Shown piece after piece: positions 33,859 to 45,088 of a DNA stretch of 64,000 nt. This DNA is from Mayamaea pseudoterrestris (taxonomy: Eukaryota): NCBI GenBank assembly GCA_027923505.1, contig BROI01000015.1, positions 372,001 to 436,000 of the forward strand, written 5' to 3'. Position 1 is the stretch's first letter. Each line of letters begins with the position of its first letter. The translations under genes and the position numbers were made by a program. Under the pieces are notes generated by a model. The model saw only the letters and a list, made by a program, of their open reading frames with translations. It was not told the DNA's origin and searched no databases.

Positions 33859-34894
33859 ATGTCACATGCCCAGGAGAATTTACCAGCCGGGATCAAGGTT
33901 CGACTAGCCGCATATCAAGAGGCTCTTAAGAGGAAGCGAGAGCTCCAAAAGCAAACGATTCTTGGAGCCGACACGGACGACATTAAGCGGAGCTATCACA
34001 ATGAAATTAATGGCATTAGTCCTAGTAGAGCAATGTCACCTGTCAAGCTTGTTGGACGAGTTGATCGCGATAAAATGAAGAATTTCCAATTCGAACTACC
34101 CGACGTTGAGCCAGATGCTGTGGAATTGGAGCAGGAAGCAAGAGATAATCTTCACCGCATGTTTCAAGTCGTTCAAGGCGACAATCAAGACAATTGGAGT
34201 AACAATAACCACAACTATGGTCACTCTCCATCATTATTAAACACATGGACAAGGACTGATTCGCCTCCAGCTTTTAATGATAATCGACTTCGGTATTTGG
34301 ACGTCGTGGAAACGCTAGTGCCAGCTCCGTTGCCGCCAGAGTCGGGCGAGCCAAAGAAGCGCGCTGTGCTGACGGAGATTATCAAGAAGGAAGGTACGTA
34401 AATGCGAAATAGCAATGGGGATATAAAGTTTGCACTGTAATACATCTCATCACTTTTCTCCTCGTGCAATAGCCTACGGCTCACTTAAAAATGCCTGGGA
34501 CGACTATGAGGTTGCCGCATTGGATCGACCAAGGGCACCTCCCGATCCGGAGGAAAAGGTTATGCGTGAACGCATCGCCAAGGTGGAGGATCGCATTGAC
34601 ATGGCATGGGTGCAGTATGCGCAAGAGATAGTAACTAGGGCCGTGACAGATGGCGACACAGATGAGGCGGAGATTGATCAGTGGCAGGACGAAGCGAAAC
34701 GGATGGAGAAAGAGAGTCGACGTCGACGCAAGCGGAAAGAGAAGCAAGAAAAGCTAGAGGAGGAGCAGTACTGGAAGGATGAGTGTGAGCGGCTACAGCA
34801 AGTGATTAATGATCGGAGCGACGAGTCGGAGCTTGGCAGCGACGAGGAGTGGTTGTCTGATGTGTCGGATCCCGATGAGGGAGTCATTCACTAA
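33859..34894 (+). CDS. Hypothetical protein with charged coiled-coil C-terminus; exons 33859-34393 and 34473-34894
   Basis: A GTACGT...AATAG intron joins KKE|AYGSLKNAW in frame. Confidence 0.75.
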
Positions 34895-35512
34895 CTGACA
34901 GCAATCGATGACCATTTGCACTTGATATTTCCGCTTTTGTACAGCTGCCAAATCTGGGAATGATATGATAAGGCAAACAGCATGCGACGAAGGAAGTGCG
35001 TACTGGAGTACTCTTTACTTTTACTTTTACTACCAGTAATTCTTTTCAACCAGGCTTGTGCCGCCAATTCATAATAATAAAGGCTTACTTTTAGGTTGTA
35101 TTGCTTCGTCAGCCCATCGTTAATGAATAAAGTCCTCCCCAGCCTACACTGCTTGCGAAACAGAATTGGCGAACTGGAGCAAAGGGAACGCGAGACAAAG
35201 GCATCCGAGGGGCGGAGGGCGCTACTCTTCGGACTTGCTTTTATGGCGTCGACAAGCGGAAGGGCATAGCTCAAAAAACCGATGATGCGGTGAATTATCG
35301 GAGATGTTTCGAGGACACGGTTGAATGCTGACATTGAAAATGAGTCACACTTCATTTATCGGTAGTTGAACCTCACTGACCTGGTCGAACACAGCATCTC
35401 GATTTCGAATCTTCAATCGGATGTCAGTGTCAGCGAGTGCGTCGTTCCAACTTCCAACCGTGGTAATGCACATTGCAACTGCTCTCACAGCTCGGCTCGT
35501 TCATCGCACACC

Positions 35513-36055
35513 ATGACCAAGTACATTACTCAAAGCGCAACCACCAGCACGCCATTTACGAAACGAAGAAGCCGGCCTGGCAAGCATGCCGCTACGCTAT
35601 CAGTTTCCGAGGCAATGCAACTCCAAAAGAGAAAGTCACACGAGCATGGCGCTACCACTAGACCGAGAGTAACCAACGCCAAGAAATCGGTCCGATTTGC
35701 CGCCGACGCATCCATAGTCCCTGCAGGCGCAGCAAGCCACGCTGATACATGGTACCACGCATCAGATTATAGTCACTTTCTGCAGGATCGTCGAAGCGCG
35801 CTCTCGTTTCTTCTGCATGCCCTCGTCAAGAATGAGGCGGTCCACGCTTCCGATTACGTGGGAATGGAACAACAGCTTTGCCAGGAGCAGTTTATCGCGC
35901 GAAAACTACAATGCCTGCAATATGTGCAGCTTGTGGTTTGTCAGCAATACATGAAGGATGATGTGCAGGAAATTCAAGCTGCTACAAAGAGTTTCACCAT
36001 GGAGTCTAGCAATAGGGCTTTTCTGCGAGCAGCGTCGGCCTTTAGCGAGAATTAG
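35513..36055 (+). CDS. Hypothetical protein with KSVRF (RVxF-like) and WY motifs
   Basis: KKSVRF...DTWYHASDY...YVGME; ACCATG start context. Confidence 0.7.
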   Translation: MTKYITQSATTSTPFTKRRSRPGKHAATLSVSEAMQLQKRKSHEHGATTRPRVTNAKKSVRFAADASIVPAGAASHADTWYHASDYSHFLQDRRSALSFLLHALVKNEAVHASDYVGMEQQLCQEQFIARKLQCLQYVQLVVCQQYMKDDVQEIQAATKSFTMESSNRAFLRAASAFSEN

Positions 36056-37455
36056 TACCAGTAGCAAACTGGGGAAGCAAGTTTTGCGATAGAAAATATA
36101 AATGTACATAAATTCAATATAAATCATCTTTTGTACTTGATACGTCATGAAGCTTTAAGCTGCCTCCGTTCGTTGCCCTTAACACGGAACACACGGGACG
36201 GCTAAAATTCAGTTCCACGTTATCGTCTTGTCTCGAACAACCAGTGGCAATCGGTTAACAAACTTGTTGCTCCTCTTTTAGCTGCTGCCTGCTTCAATTG
36301 AAGCAAGACTCTGTTTGTCAAATAATGCGGCCAACTTAAAACACAGCACAGGCTTGGCGCTCCAGTCGACGATTTGGCGCGCGTGGTTATAGTCTTGCTC
36401 ATGCCTTCATGCATCTGCTAGCGACATTCATAGGAGCACCGACACATTGCAGGCGGCAACCGTTTCCTTTTGTGTATTTAAAACTTGCACGCGAGTGATG
36501 GACTCTGTTCGCCCATGTTCCTCGAACTGCCTTGTTGCTCCTCTATCCGACAAAATGTCGCGAACCGCATGAATGGTCCTGCCAATTCAATATCGCCGAC
36601 AAAAAGTGGAGCAGCGAGTGCCCAACCATGTACAATGCCAAACTATTCTAAATGGTGGCTCAAATCTTGTGGATTGCTTGGTGGCATTCCATGCACTAAT
36701 CTCTTCGGACCTTCGACGTGTAAGCAAGAAGAGCTTGTGCCAGCCGCCAGCCTGAAATGTCAAAGGTTCGTGTACACTTTTGCCATTTACACTTTGTAAC
36801 ATGGAGAATCGCTCGTCCGTGGTTTACTTCGCCAACATTTTGCTGCGCGACCATTTATTCGAAACACTGTAGTGCCATCGGTTTGCGCGTGAATGCACCA
36901 CAGTCATACCATCCATACAGCCTGCAGCACTGTTTCATGCTGTTCCCAAGTTAATCCAACAGTTGGGTCAGTTGCTACCGGTAGTGGTGTCAGGTGCCAG
37001 TGCCAGCGAGTACTGTATTCGGGTTCGATGGTCGATGAAATCGGCAAGGGGCAGGGGACCGGAAATTGCAATGTGCGCGTGCATACAGCATGCTTGCCTA
37101 GAAACCGTATTGGCACGCGATAGCGAGAGAACCGTAAGATGCATGGACAAAGTTGTGGCAGAGGACAATGGACTTAACAAGGAAAATAAAACGAATGGAA
37201 GAAGAAAAATCAATCGAATTGATGGTGATCAAAAAAATGATCGGCCGGCTGGCGCGACGATAATTTCTATGTAATCGTCTCAATGACGCCCAGCTGTTTT
37301 CGACCATGACATTCCGGTCTTGGGTCGTCGAAAGTTGTGACCCTTCGAGCCGTCGACAAGATCTTGCTTTGATCTTGGTACAGTCACACTCCTTCTTTAC
37401 CTCATCGTCGCCCTCCTTTCAAATCCATTGATTCACTTAGCCAACATTTATAATC

Positions 37456-38061
37456 ATGGGGCCAACCAAGGAGGATCTAGACAATGCCATGATCGCTGGC
37501 CGAGCATTGCTCGATGAAAAGAAGGCAGCAGCCGAGGAGGTCAAGCGACGAAACGATCAAGCCATTGACGCCGCCGTTGCAGCACTTGAAGAAACCAAAT
37601 TGAAGGTCAATAGTGAAATTGAGGATGCCAAAGTGGACGCGCAGGAAACACTCGACAAGATCAAGGCCAAGGAGCAGGTCAAGCTTGATGCAGTCAAGGC
37701 TCGCGGAGAGGAGGAGTTGAACGATGCGCGTGAAACTTGCGAGGAAGCGAAAGGCAAGGAAGACGCTGAAGTGGAAGCTGCTTTGGTCGAGTTTGAAGCC
37801 GTCAAGACAAAGGTTGAAGCCGACCTTGCCGTGGCGCAAAAAGCATGCCATGACGCATTTGCCAAGGCCAAGGCAAAGATGCACGAAGCACTTGCACAAG
37901 CCAAGAAGATGGGCCAAGACAAGCTGGATGAAGCGTCAGCCGAAATAGAAGCCATTCGCGTCAAAGCGGAAAGTGATTTTAACGCTGCCAAGGCAGCTCT
38001 CGAAGCTGCCAACGTGCAGGTGCAATCCGACCTCAAGGCTTGCTCTATCATCAAGGCGTAG
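37456..38061 (+). CDS. Ala/Glu/Lys-rich helical repeat protein (LEA/apolipoprotein-like composition)
   Basis: 201-aa ORF, almost entirely amphipathic helix, with strong codon bias (AAG, GCC). Confidence 0.85.
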   Translation: MGPTKEDLDNAMIAGRALLDEKKAAAEEVKRRNDQAIDAAVAALEETKLKVNSEIEDAKVDAQETLDKIKAKEQVKLDAVKARGEEELNDARETCEEAKGKEDAEVEAALVEFEAVKTKVEADLAVAQKACHDAFAKAKAKMHEALAQAKKMGQDKLDEASAEIEAIRVKAESDFNAAKAALEAANVQVQSDLKACSIIKA

Positions 38062-38548
38062 AAAATGTTAGACTATATGCGCTGCTGTCCACTTTGATCA
38101 ATGTTGTGCGCTTGTTTGTAAAGCCAATTTCAATCCAGATGTACTATCTAATCGCAATGAGGGTTGTGAATAGTGCCAAGCGCTTGTAAACTGTGTTTTG
38201 AGATTTTCTGCTGCCAAAACGATAGTCATCGAACTGCTTTAAAGCAGCTGGAATGCTTCCATGCCTTTAAACGTAGAGTATGCTGTTTGATGTTTAAGGC
38301 ATTGTGTTGGTGTGGCAGCTTTTTCTAGCGAGGCCGTGCAAGGGTGATCGGCATGTTGTGTGGTTTCGCGTTTTCAATAAATTTGAATCGCACTGGTTAC
38401 GAAGCCCTACAGTTGTGGTGCGACAACAGCTTCGAATTGCTTGCATCTCGCACCATGACCTCGTTGACAATCGACGCCTGCCGTATCAATATATTCGCCA
38501 GACTACTCGGCAAGTAGAAGCTATATTACAGTGTAATGTATACATCAC

Positions 38549-41500
38549 ATGACTGTTTCGTCGTTTCGTCAAAGCAGTCGGAGACAGAGACGGCGTAGAG
38601 TCACCTGCTTGACTGTCGGCATCACTGCTGCTGCCTTGATCTTTTGCTTCTTCTACAACCTTTACGCGGCGGATCAACGATTGCAACAACATAATGCAGT
38701 TTGGATCGACTCAAAATGGATTCTTCCTGGAAGCAGCAAATTTATCGGAGGTTCTGCTCTTGTAGCCGCGAATCAGACGCATTCTAAAAAGCTAGCGGTA
38801 ACGCAGCAACTCTCGTTTCAACGACCCGATTGGCCAACATTACGCACTCCAACTCATCACGCTTGCGACGATTATGATGGCATCTACCATGTTGCCATGG
38901 GCGACAAGGGAGGAGCTGCTGGAACCATTTTCTTTCAGTTTGTCATTGGCCAATTAATTTACGCTGAGCGCAACAACCTCAAACCGTGGGTGCATTTCAA
39001 CAATGTTAGTTACGTTGTTTACGATCCAGACGTTCATGGCCAAGGACCGGGTGCGACGTTAAAAGCCATGGTTGGAAGGAATGCAACCTACGTGCGAAGA
39101 CCGGGAGGGCATTGGAGGGATGCTTGGCCTGGTCCGCTCGATGATGGTCCTACTCATCAAGCGACGCTACACTTTGAAGGCACTGGCGTTTGGGAGCACT
39201 ATTTTGAACCAGTCTCGGACTTTGTACCGGGCGATGATTCCTGTCATAGCAAGCTTTACGTGACGCTTGATTTGTATCTGATTACACCAGGTATACATGC
39301 GTTTGCGCCATGGGCGACGAGCTGCTGGCGATACAAATACTTGCATGATTACATTACCAAACCTCATATTCCAATCAACGAATGGCTAGAGCCAAGAAGA
39401 ATTATTGGGCATGAAACGTTGAACAAGTATATTCGATTTAAGCCATATATGTCGGAAGCGGCACAAAAGGTGAATCCGGGGTGCAGTCGCAACAATCCTT
39501 GCCTTGGAATGCATATTCGGCACTCCGACAAGGCGGCGGGCCGACGTTTGATTGAGACGAACGAGTTTTTGCCATATGCGCAAGCATTCATACATGCCGG
39601 TGGTCGGCATATTTACCTTGCCACGGATAGTGCTCTAGTGCTGCGGGAGATTGAAATGAACTGGCCGGATAAAGTGAAGAGTCAGCTGCGGACCATGGGA
39701 GAAAATGTGGTTCGGTCGATCAACGAAACGGCAGTCTTTGACGCCGGAGTATCGCATCACCGTACCAACCAGGAGGCTTTGATTGAGATTCTCGCACTGA
39801 GTCAGTGTCAGTACATGATACATGGATTTAGCGCCATGTCCGAGTCAAGTATATGGATCAATTTGGGATTACATAATCGCTCGGTCAATTTAGAGGACTT
39901 GGATCACATTCAACCCGTCGAGTTTGGGACGCTCGTGCAAATGAGCCTTCGAGGAGAACCACAGTATAAATGGCCACAACCGCAGCGAACCGACGCTTGG
40001 TGGGAGCGAGACGAGCCAGTACAAAGTAAAGCTCCAATAAGCGCCGCTTGTCAAGGCTACAATGGAATACTACTTATTTCTTCCGTCAGCCGCACATCGT
40101 CCGCTGGATCAGCTTTCTTTACGGACGTTCTCAACCAATTATTATTTGCAGTTGAGAATAATATGGCGCCTTGGATACACTTGCAAAATGGCACGGATCT
40201 GATATACGACGTGGCCGCTCACCAAGCATCTTCTGCGCAGAAAGCAATTTCTTTGAATGTCACCTTTGTTGCTAATGGCGCTTCGACAAATAATTCATGT
40301 CCGGATTTCGGGGCAAACCAATTTAGAGTTCGCGCAGGGATACACCTCGGTGGAAACGGTATATGGAACAGCTACTTTGAGCCAATATCGGTCAATCGAT
40401 TAGACGATCCGTCGTGTTCGATGTTGCCCATCATTACTATACCCGAGAGCTTAATTTCGTCCTCTTTAAACGCCGTGTGTACGTACACTGTGAAATCATG
40501 GAGATATGACAATATTGCAGCGTCCCATTGGAAACCTGGCGGCACGTCTTTGGCATCCTGGTACGGCAACTTGAGAGAAAAAGGCCATGATGTTGTCAGT
40601 AAATACTTTAAGATTTTGCCCCACATTCTTCGGCAAGCCAATGTCATCAATCCTATGGCGAATGGACGGCCTTGTCTCGGCGTGCATGTTCGCGTTGGGG
40701 ACAAGACTGGAAAATACAGGATGAAGGTGTTGTCGGCCAGATATATTCCCTATCTTGAGGCATTTGTACGAGCTGGCGGCAGGTCGATTTTCCTTGCAAG
40801 CGACTCGCATCGCGCTATCCAATACATAACGAAAGCCCTTCCTGACCAAGTTTCCAAATTAATACGCACGCAAGGTCCTTGGGTTGTGCGGACATTCAAG
40901 GAATACCCAACACACTTCATCGATGACCACCATCGCGTCAACAGCGAAACACTTGCGGACATTGTGGCCTTGTCCCAATGTTCACTTCTATTACATTCTT
41001 ATAGCACTGTTTCGGAGGCCGCAATCTACTTGAATATTGATTTGCATAACAGCAGCATTAATCTTGAAGACCCCGACCATCTTACGTCTACGGAATTCGA
41101 AGTGTTTTCTCGGCAGATGATAGGCACTATAATGCCTGACACTTTAATGCAACCAGCGGATCCTACTGCGATATTAAACACTGCCATTACTCGCGTGATG
41201 AACGCTTCCATTGTGTATGCTGGCGAAAGGAAATGCCGAAATAACGCGATTGTATACTTGGCTCAAAAGACCCACTCGACGTATGGCCGTGACAGCTACT
41301 CCATTTTACTTCGGTCACTCGATCTGCTTTACGAAAATTATCTCATGAACGCTACACACATGGAGAATGCCGATGTTTTCATTTTTCACACTGAAGATTT
41401 TGTCGAGACGGACTTGACGACGATCGAAAAGCGATTGGGGCCGCATGCGCGTGGTGCTGTCCGCCTCGTCAACCTCCGCGACTCGCCGTACTGGGCTCGA

Positions 41501-42316
41501 CCTGCATCCAATCGGAACGACGACCCAAATAGCTGGTATGCGTACCCGTTGTTCAAGGAAGGTTATCGTCGCATGATGCATTGGTACGCAATTGATATTT
41601 GGAAATTCTTTGCCGACTTGAACGACATGTCGACGTGCAACTACAGGTATATTTTTCGATTGGACGAAGACTCGTTCATTCATTCTCCCATTCAGTACGA
41701 CATTTTCAAGTTGTTTGAATCGAATCGATATGTATACGGCTATCGCATGTGCGCCTACGAAATGAAGGTTGCTCAACGAATGTGGACGTGGTGGAAACGA
41801 CAGAATCCAAGCTTTGCTCCATATCGCGAGCTTGATTTGCACCAGTGTGGTTTTTACAACAATATGTTTGTCGCTGACCTTGAGTTCTTTCGAAACGTCA
41901 AGGTGCAACGCTTTCTTCAGTTCATCGATCGACAGGGCCACATTTATCGACGTCGGCTTGGCGACTTGATGATTCATACCATGGCGGTTATTGCGTACGC
42001 CCCTCCAGGGCGCATTCACCGCTTCTTGGATTTCACATACGAACATGGTACGTTGAATGAAACTGATGGCTGTCTCATCTGGGGAGGTATCCAGGCTGGT
42101 TACGCCGATCCAAACGCGACGGCAACATTGGGACATTACTATGAAACGCGACTGGTTGAGCGCGGCTGTCCCTGTAATGCAACCTATCTCCAGGAGCCCG
42201 ACCTTTCTCCTACCTATGCACATGTGCCAAGGGAGCTTCAAGGAACGATCTCATTGCAAACCATTGTGGCTGGCCAGGTCGAGGTGCCGACTGGCAAAGG
42301 GATACTGTCTGGATAA
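38549..42316 (+). CDS. Golgi-type multi-domain glycosyltransferase: two NodZ/FUT8-like fucosyltransferase domains plus a C-terminal GT15 (Kre2/Mnt1-like mannosyltransferase) domain
   Basis: N-terminal TM; LGMHIRHSDK..IYLATDS and LGVHVRVGDK..IFLASDS; then YRRMMHWY, YIFRLDEDS, FYNN.FVADLEFF and IYRRRLGD. Confidence 0.85.
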   Translation: MTVSSFRQSSRRQRRRRVTCLTVGITAAALIFCFFYNLYAADQRLQQHNAVWIDSKWILPGSSKFIGGSALVAANQTHSKKLAVTQQLSFQRPDWPTLRTPTHHACDDYDGIYHVAMGDKGGAAGTIFFQFVIGQLIYAERNNLKPWVHFNNVSYVVYDPDVHGQGPGATLKAMVGRNATYVRRPGGHWRDAWPGPLDDGPTHQATLHFEGTGVWEHYFEPVSDFVPGDDSCHSKLYVTLDLYLITPGIHAFAPWATSCWRYKYLHDYITKPHIPINEWLEPRRIIGHETLNKYIRFKPYMSEAAQKVNPGCSRNNPCLGMHIRHSDKAAGRRLIETNEFLPYAQAFIHAGGRHIYLATDSALVLREIEMNWPDKVKSQLRTMGENVVRSINETAVFDAGVSHHRTNQEALIEILALSQCQYMIHGFSAMSESSIWINLGLHNRSVNLEDLDHIQPVEFGTLVQMSLRGEPQYKWPQPQRTDAWWERDEPVQSKAPISAACQGYNGILLISSVSRTSSAGSAFFTDVLNQLLFAVENNMAPWIHLQNGTDLIYDVAAHQASSAQKAISLNVTFVANGASTNNSCPDFGANQFRVRAGIHLGGNGIWNSYFEPISVNRLDDPSCSMLPIITIPESLISSSLNAVCTYTVKSWRYDNIAASHWKPGGTSLASWYGNLREKGHDVVSKYFKILPHILRQANVINPMANGRPCLGVHVRVGDKTGKYRMKVLSARYIPYLEAFVRAGGRSIFLASDSHRAIQYITKALPDQVSKLIRTQGPWVVRTFKEYPTHFIDDHHRVNSETLADIVALSQCSLLLHSYSTVSEAAIYLNIDLHNSSINLEDPDHLTSTEFEVFSRQMIGTIMPDTLMQPADPTAILNTAITRVMNASIVYAGERKCRNNAIVYLAQKTHSTYGRDSYSILLRSLDLLYENYLMNATHMENADVFIFHTEDFVETDLTTIEKRLGPHARGAVRLVNLRDSPYWARPASNRNDDPNSWYAYPLFKEGYRRMMHWYAIDIWKFFADLNDMSTCNYRYIFRLDEDSFIHSPIQYDIFKLFESNRYVYGYRMCAYEMKVAQRMWTWWKRQNPSFAPYRELDLHQCGFYNNMFVADLEFFRNVKVQRFLQFIDRQGHIYRRRLGDLMIHTMAVIAYAPPGRIHRFLDFTYEHGTLNETDGCLIWGGIQAGYADPNATATLGHYYETRLVERGCPCNATYLQEPDLSPTYAHVPRELQGTISLQTIVAGQVEVPTGKGILSG

Positions 42317-42536
42317 TAGCTAGCGCAGCTTTATCCCTTCTACGGTCCTAACATTGCAATATGTAATGTACTCGTAATCCGAGAGCAAGCTCATGCAGTC
42401 AGTCATACAGTACAAGTAGTAACCTCGCGGATTTATAGCGCACATAGCACACTCTATAACGCTGCGACATGAAGATTCATGGACCATTGCGTCCGCTGCC
42501 GATCACCTCTTGACAATGGTGGCGTTGTTTATAGCA

Positions 42537-45043
42537 TGAGAGGACTTTTGGACCTTTCCAAGCTTTTCATAGTTGTTGCAGTTGCTGTCTCTGGTTGGAA
42601 TCTATACGTTGGATTTCGCTACGGCTTGCGAGAACGGCGCGAAGAGAAATGGTCGGCATCGTTCCTGACGGCACCATTTGAAGAAACGAAGAGCACTTCT
42701 TCAAAAGCTAGCAATGCATTTGAAAGCATTATTGCCCGAGAACCGACGCATCATGCTTGTGACGGCTTTGACGGCATTTATCATATAGCCATGACGGATA
42801 TCTTGGGAGGAGTCGGCACGGGGCTGCTGCAGCTGGTGGTGAATCAAATTGACTACGCGCGACGTCACAATTTAAAGCCATGGGTGCATTTGAACAATAG
42901 CAGTCATGTGATTTATGATCCAATTGTCCATTCACGAGGATCTGGCGTGCAACTAAAGGCCATGCGAGCTGCCAAGGCAACTTACGTAAAACGGCCTGGC
43001 GGACATTGGCGCGATGCAGTTCCTGGTCCGCCAAACTTGACAAGCATGGAGCCCGAACGTGACTTTACATTTGATGGCACTGGCGTCTGGGAGCATTACT
43101 TTGATCCCGTGTCCGATTTTGTACCAGGCGATGTTTCCTGCGAGCACAAGCTGCTGGTATCGATGGATCTATACTTGATCACGCCTGGACTACACGGGTA
43201 TTCCGACTATGCCACCCGCTGTTGGCGATACGATTACTTGCCGGAATACATTACAAAGCCTCATATACCATATGACAGTTGGCTGTACGAACAAAGGTTG
43301 CGGGCTCATGACGTAATGCAGAATTATGTTCGGTTGAAACCAGATTTGCTCATCGCCGCCAAAAATGCAAATCCTGATTGTAGTCTGCAAGAGCCTTGCT
43401 TGGGTTTGCATATTCGGCATTCTGACAAGGCTGCAGGACGTCGGGTGCTGGAGACGAGTCAGTTTCTTCCTTACGCACAATCCTTTGCTGATAATGGAGG
43501 CAAACACATTTACCTTGCAACCGACAGCGCCGTTGTTTTAAACGAGATTCGCGACATTTGGCCAGCTAGCATTGCCAGAAGAATTCGTCGCATGGGAGAC
43601 AACACGGTCCGCTCTAGCAATCAACAAGCTGTTTTTGACATGGCCTCGCACCACCAAACAAATCAGGAAGCCTTGATTGAAATACTAGCATTGAGCCAAT
43701 GCCAATACATGGTTCATGGACTTAGTGCCGTGTCCGAATCAAGCATTTGGATTAACATGGGTCTGCACAATCGGTCAATTAATTTGGAAGATCCAGAACA
43801 TGTTGACGCAGCGAGCTTTGGTTCATTGGTCCGAATGAGTCTGGCTGGTCATCCCGAAGACCAGTGGCCTCATGCAACTCGAACGAGTAATTGGTGGAAC
43901 GTCGATGATACCTCATTGATTGAAAAACGCTTGCCTCGTCCAAATGAATGTTTGGGATATGACGGAATTCTTCTTATTTCAGCTGTCAGTCACAAATCGT
44001 CCACCGCCTCGGCCTTTTTCATTGACGTATTGAATCAGCTACTCTACGCGAAACGTAACAATTTAAAACCTTGGATCCACTTGCAAGATGGAACTGTCTT
44101 GATTCAAGACCAGAAAGCGCATACGAATAAAAAGACAACGAATATATCAGTAAAAGTTACAAACATTGGCTTTTCTAAGTCTCGACCAGTTTGTCCGAAC
44201 AATTTCGACTCGAACGCTGTTCAAGCATTTACTGTTAGCAACATGTCCCTTCGAGGCAACGGCATATGGAATAGCTACTTCTTGCCCATTCTTACTCCGC
44301 CAGAGATTGATTCATCGTGTTCAGAGCTTCCTGTTGTGACCATGGAGGAACGGCTTGTGTCTCCTCTCCTGACGGCCTTGTGCCCGTATTCAGTTAAGGC
44401 TTGGCGATATGATAATGTTCCCTATTGGAAACCAAACGATATATCGCTGCACGAGTGGCACGGTCAAATGAGACGGACGGCGCACGACATTGTGAGCAGG
44501 AATTTTATCTTTCGCCATCATATTGTGCAGAGAGCTACGGATGTAAATTCCGTTGAAAGCGGGAGCATTTGTCTCGGAGTACATATCCGAGTCGGCGACA
44601 AAGCTGGAACTCATGTCAAGAAAATTAAAGCCGACCAATATCTCCCGTACATGAAAGCTTTCCAACGAGCTGGAGGTCAATCAATCTACCTTGCAAGCGA
44701 CTCCCACCGTGCCATACAATATGTCATAAAGTCCCTGCCCAAAGAAGTGGCAAAGTTTATCCGCACGCAAGGGTCGAATGTGGTGCGAACGTACAAGGAA
44801 TATCCAACTCACTTTTTGGACGACCACCATCGGGACAACAGTGAGGCTTTGGTGGATATATTGGCGTTATCTAAGTGCTCGCTCATGTTGCATTCATACA
44901 GTACAGTCTCTGAGGCTGCCATTTACCTTAACATAAACTTAAATAATCACAGCGTCAACTTGGAAGTCGCTGATTGTATATCGCCGGAGCGATTTGAAAC
45001 TCACGTAAAAGATCTAATTAATAGTAAACCTAGTGTTTCATAA
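42537..45043 (+). CDS. Tandem paralogue with two NodZ/FUT8-like fucosyltransferase domains and no GT15 (ORF opens at 42479)
   Basis: Collinear with the upstream gene (THHACD..DGIYH, GTGVWEHYF, LGLHIRHSDKAAGRR, LGVHIRVGDK); ends after the second domain. Confidence 0.85.
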
Positions 45044-45088
45044 AGCTAGCATGTAACTTGACACGGCCGTTGACGTGTGAATGGACCT

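Noticed and set aside
41315..42241. 308-aa antisense ORF
   Set aside because: Lies opposite the well-supported GT15 domain and has no recognisable features.
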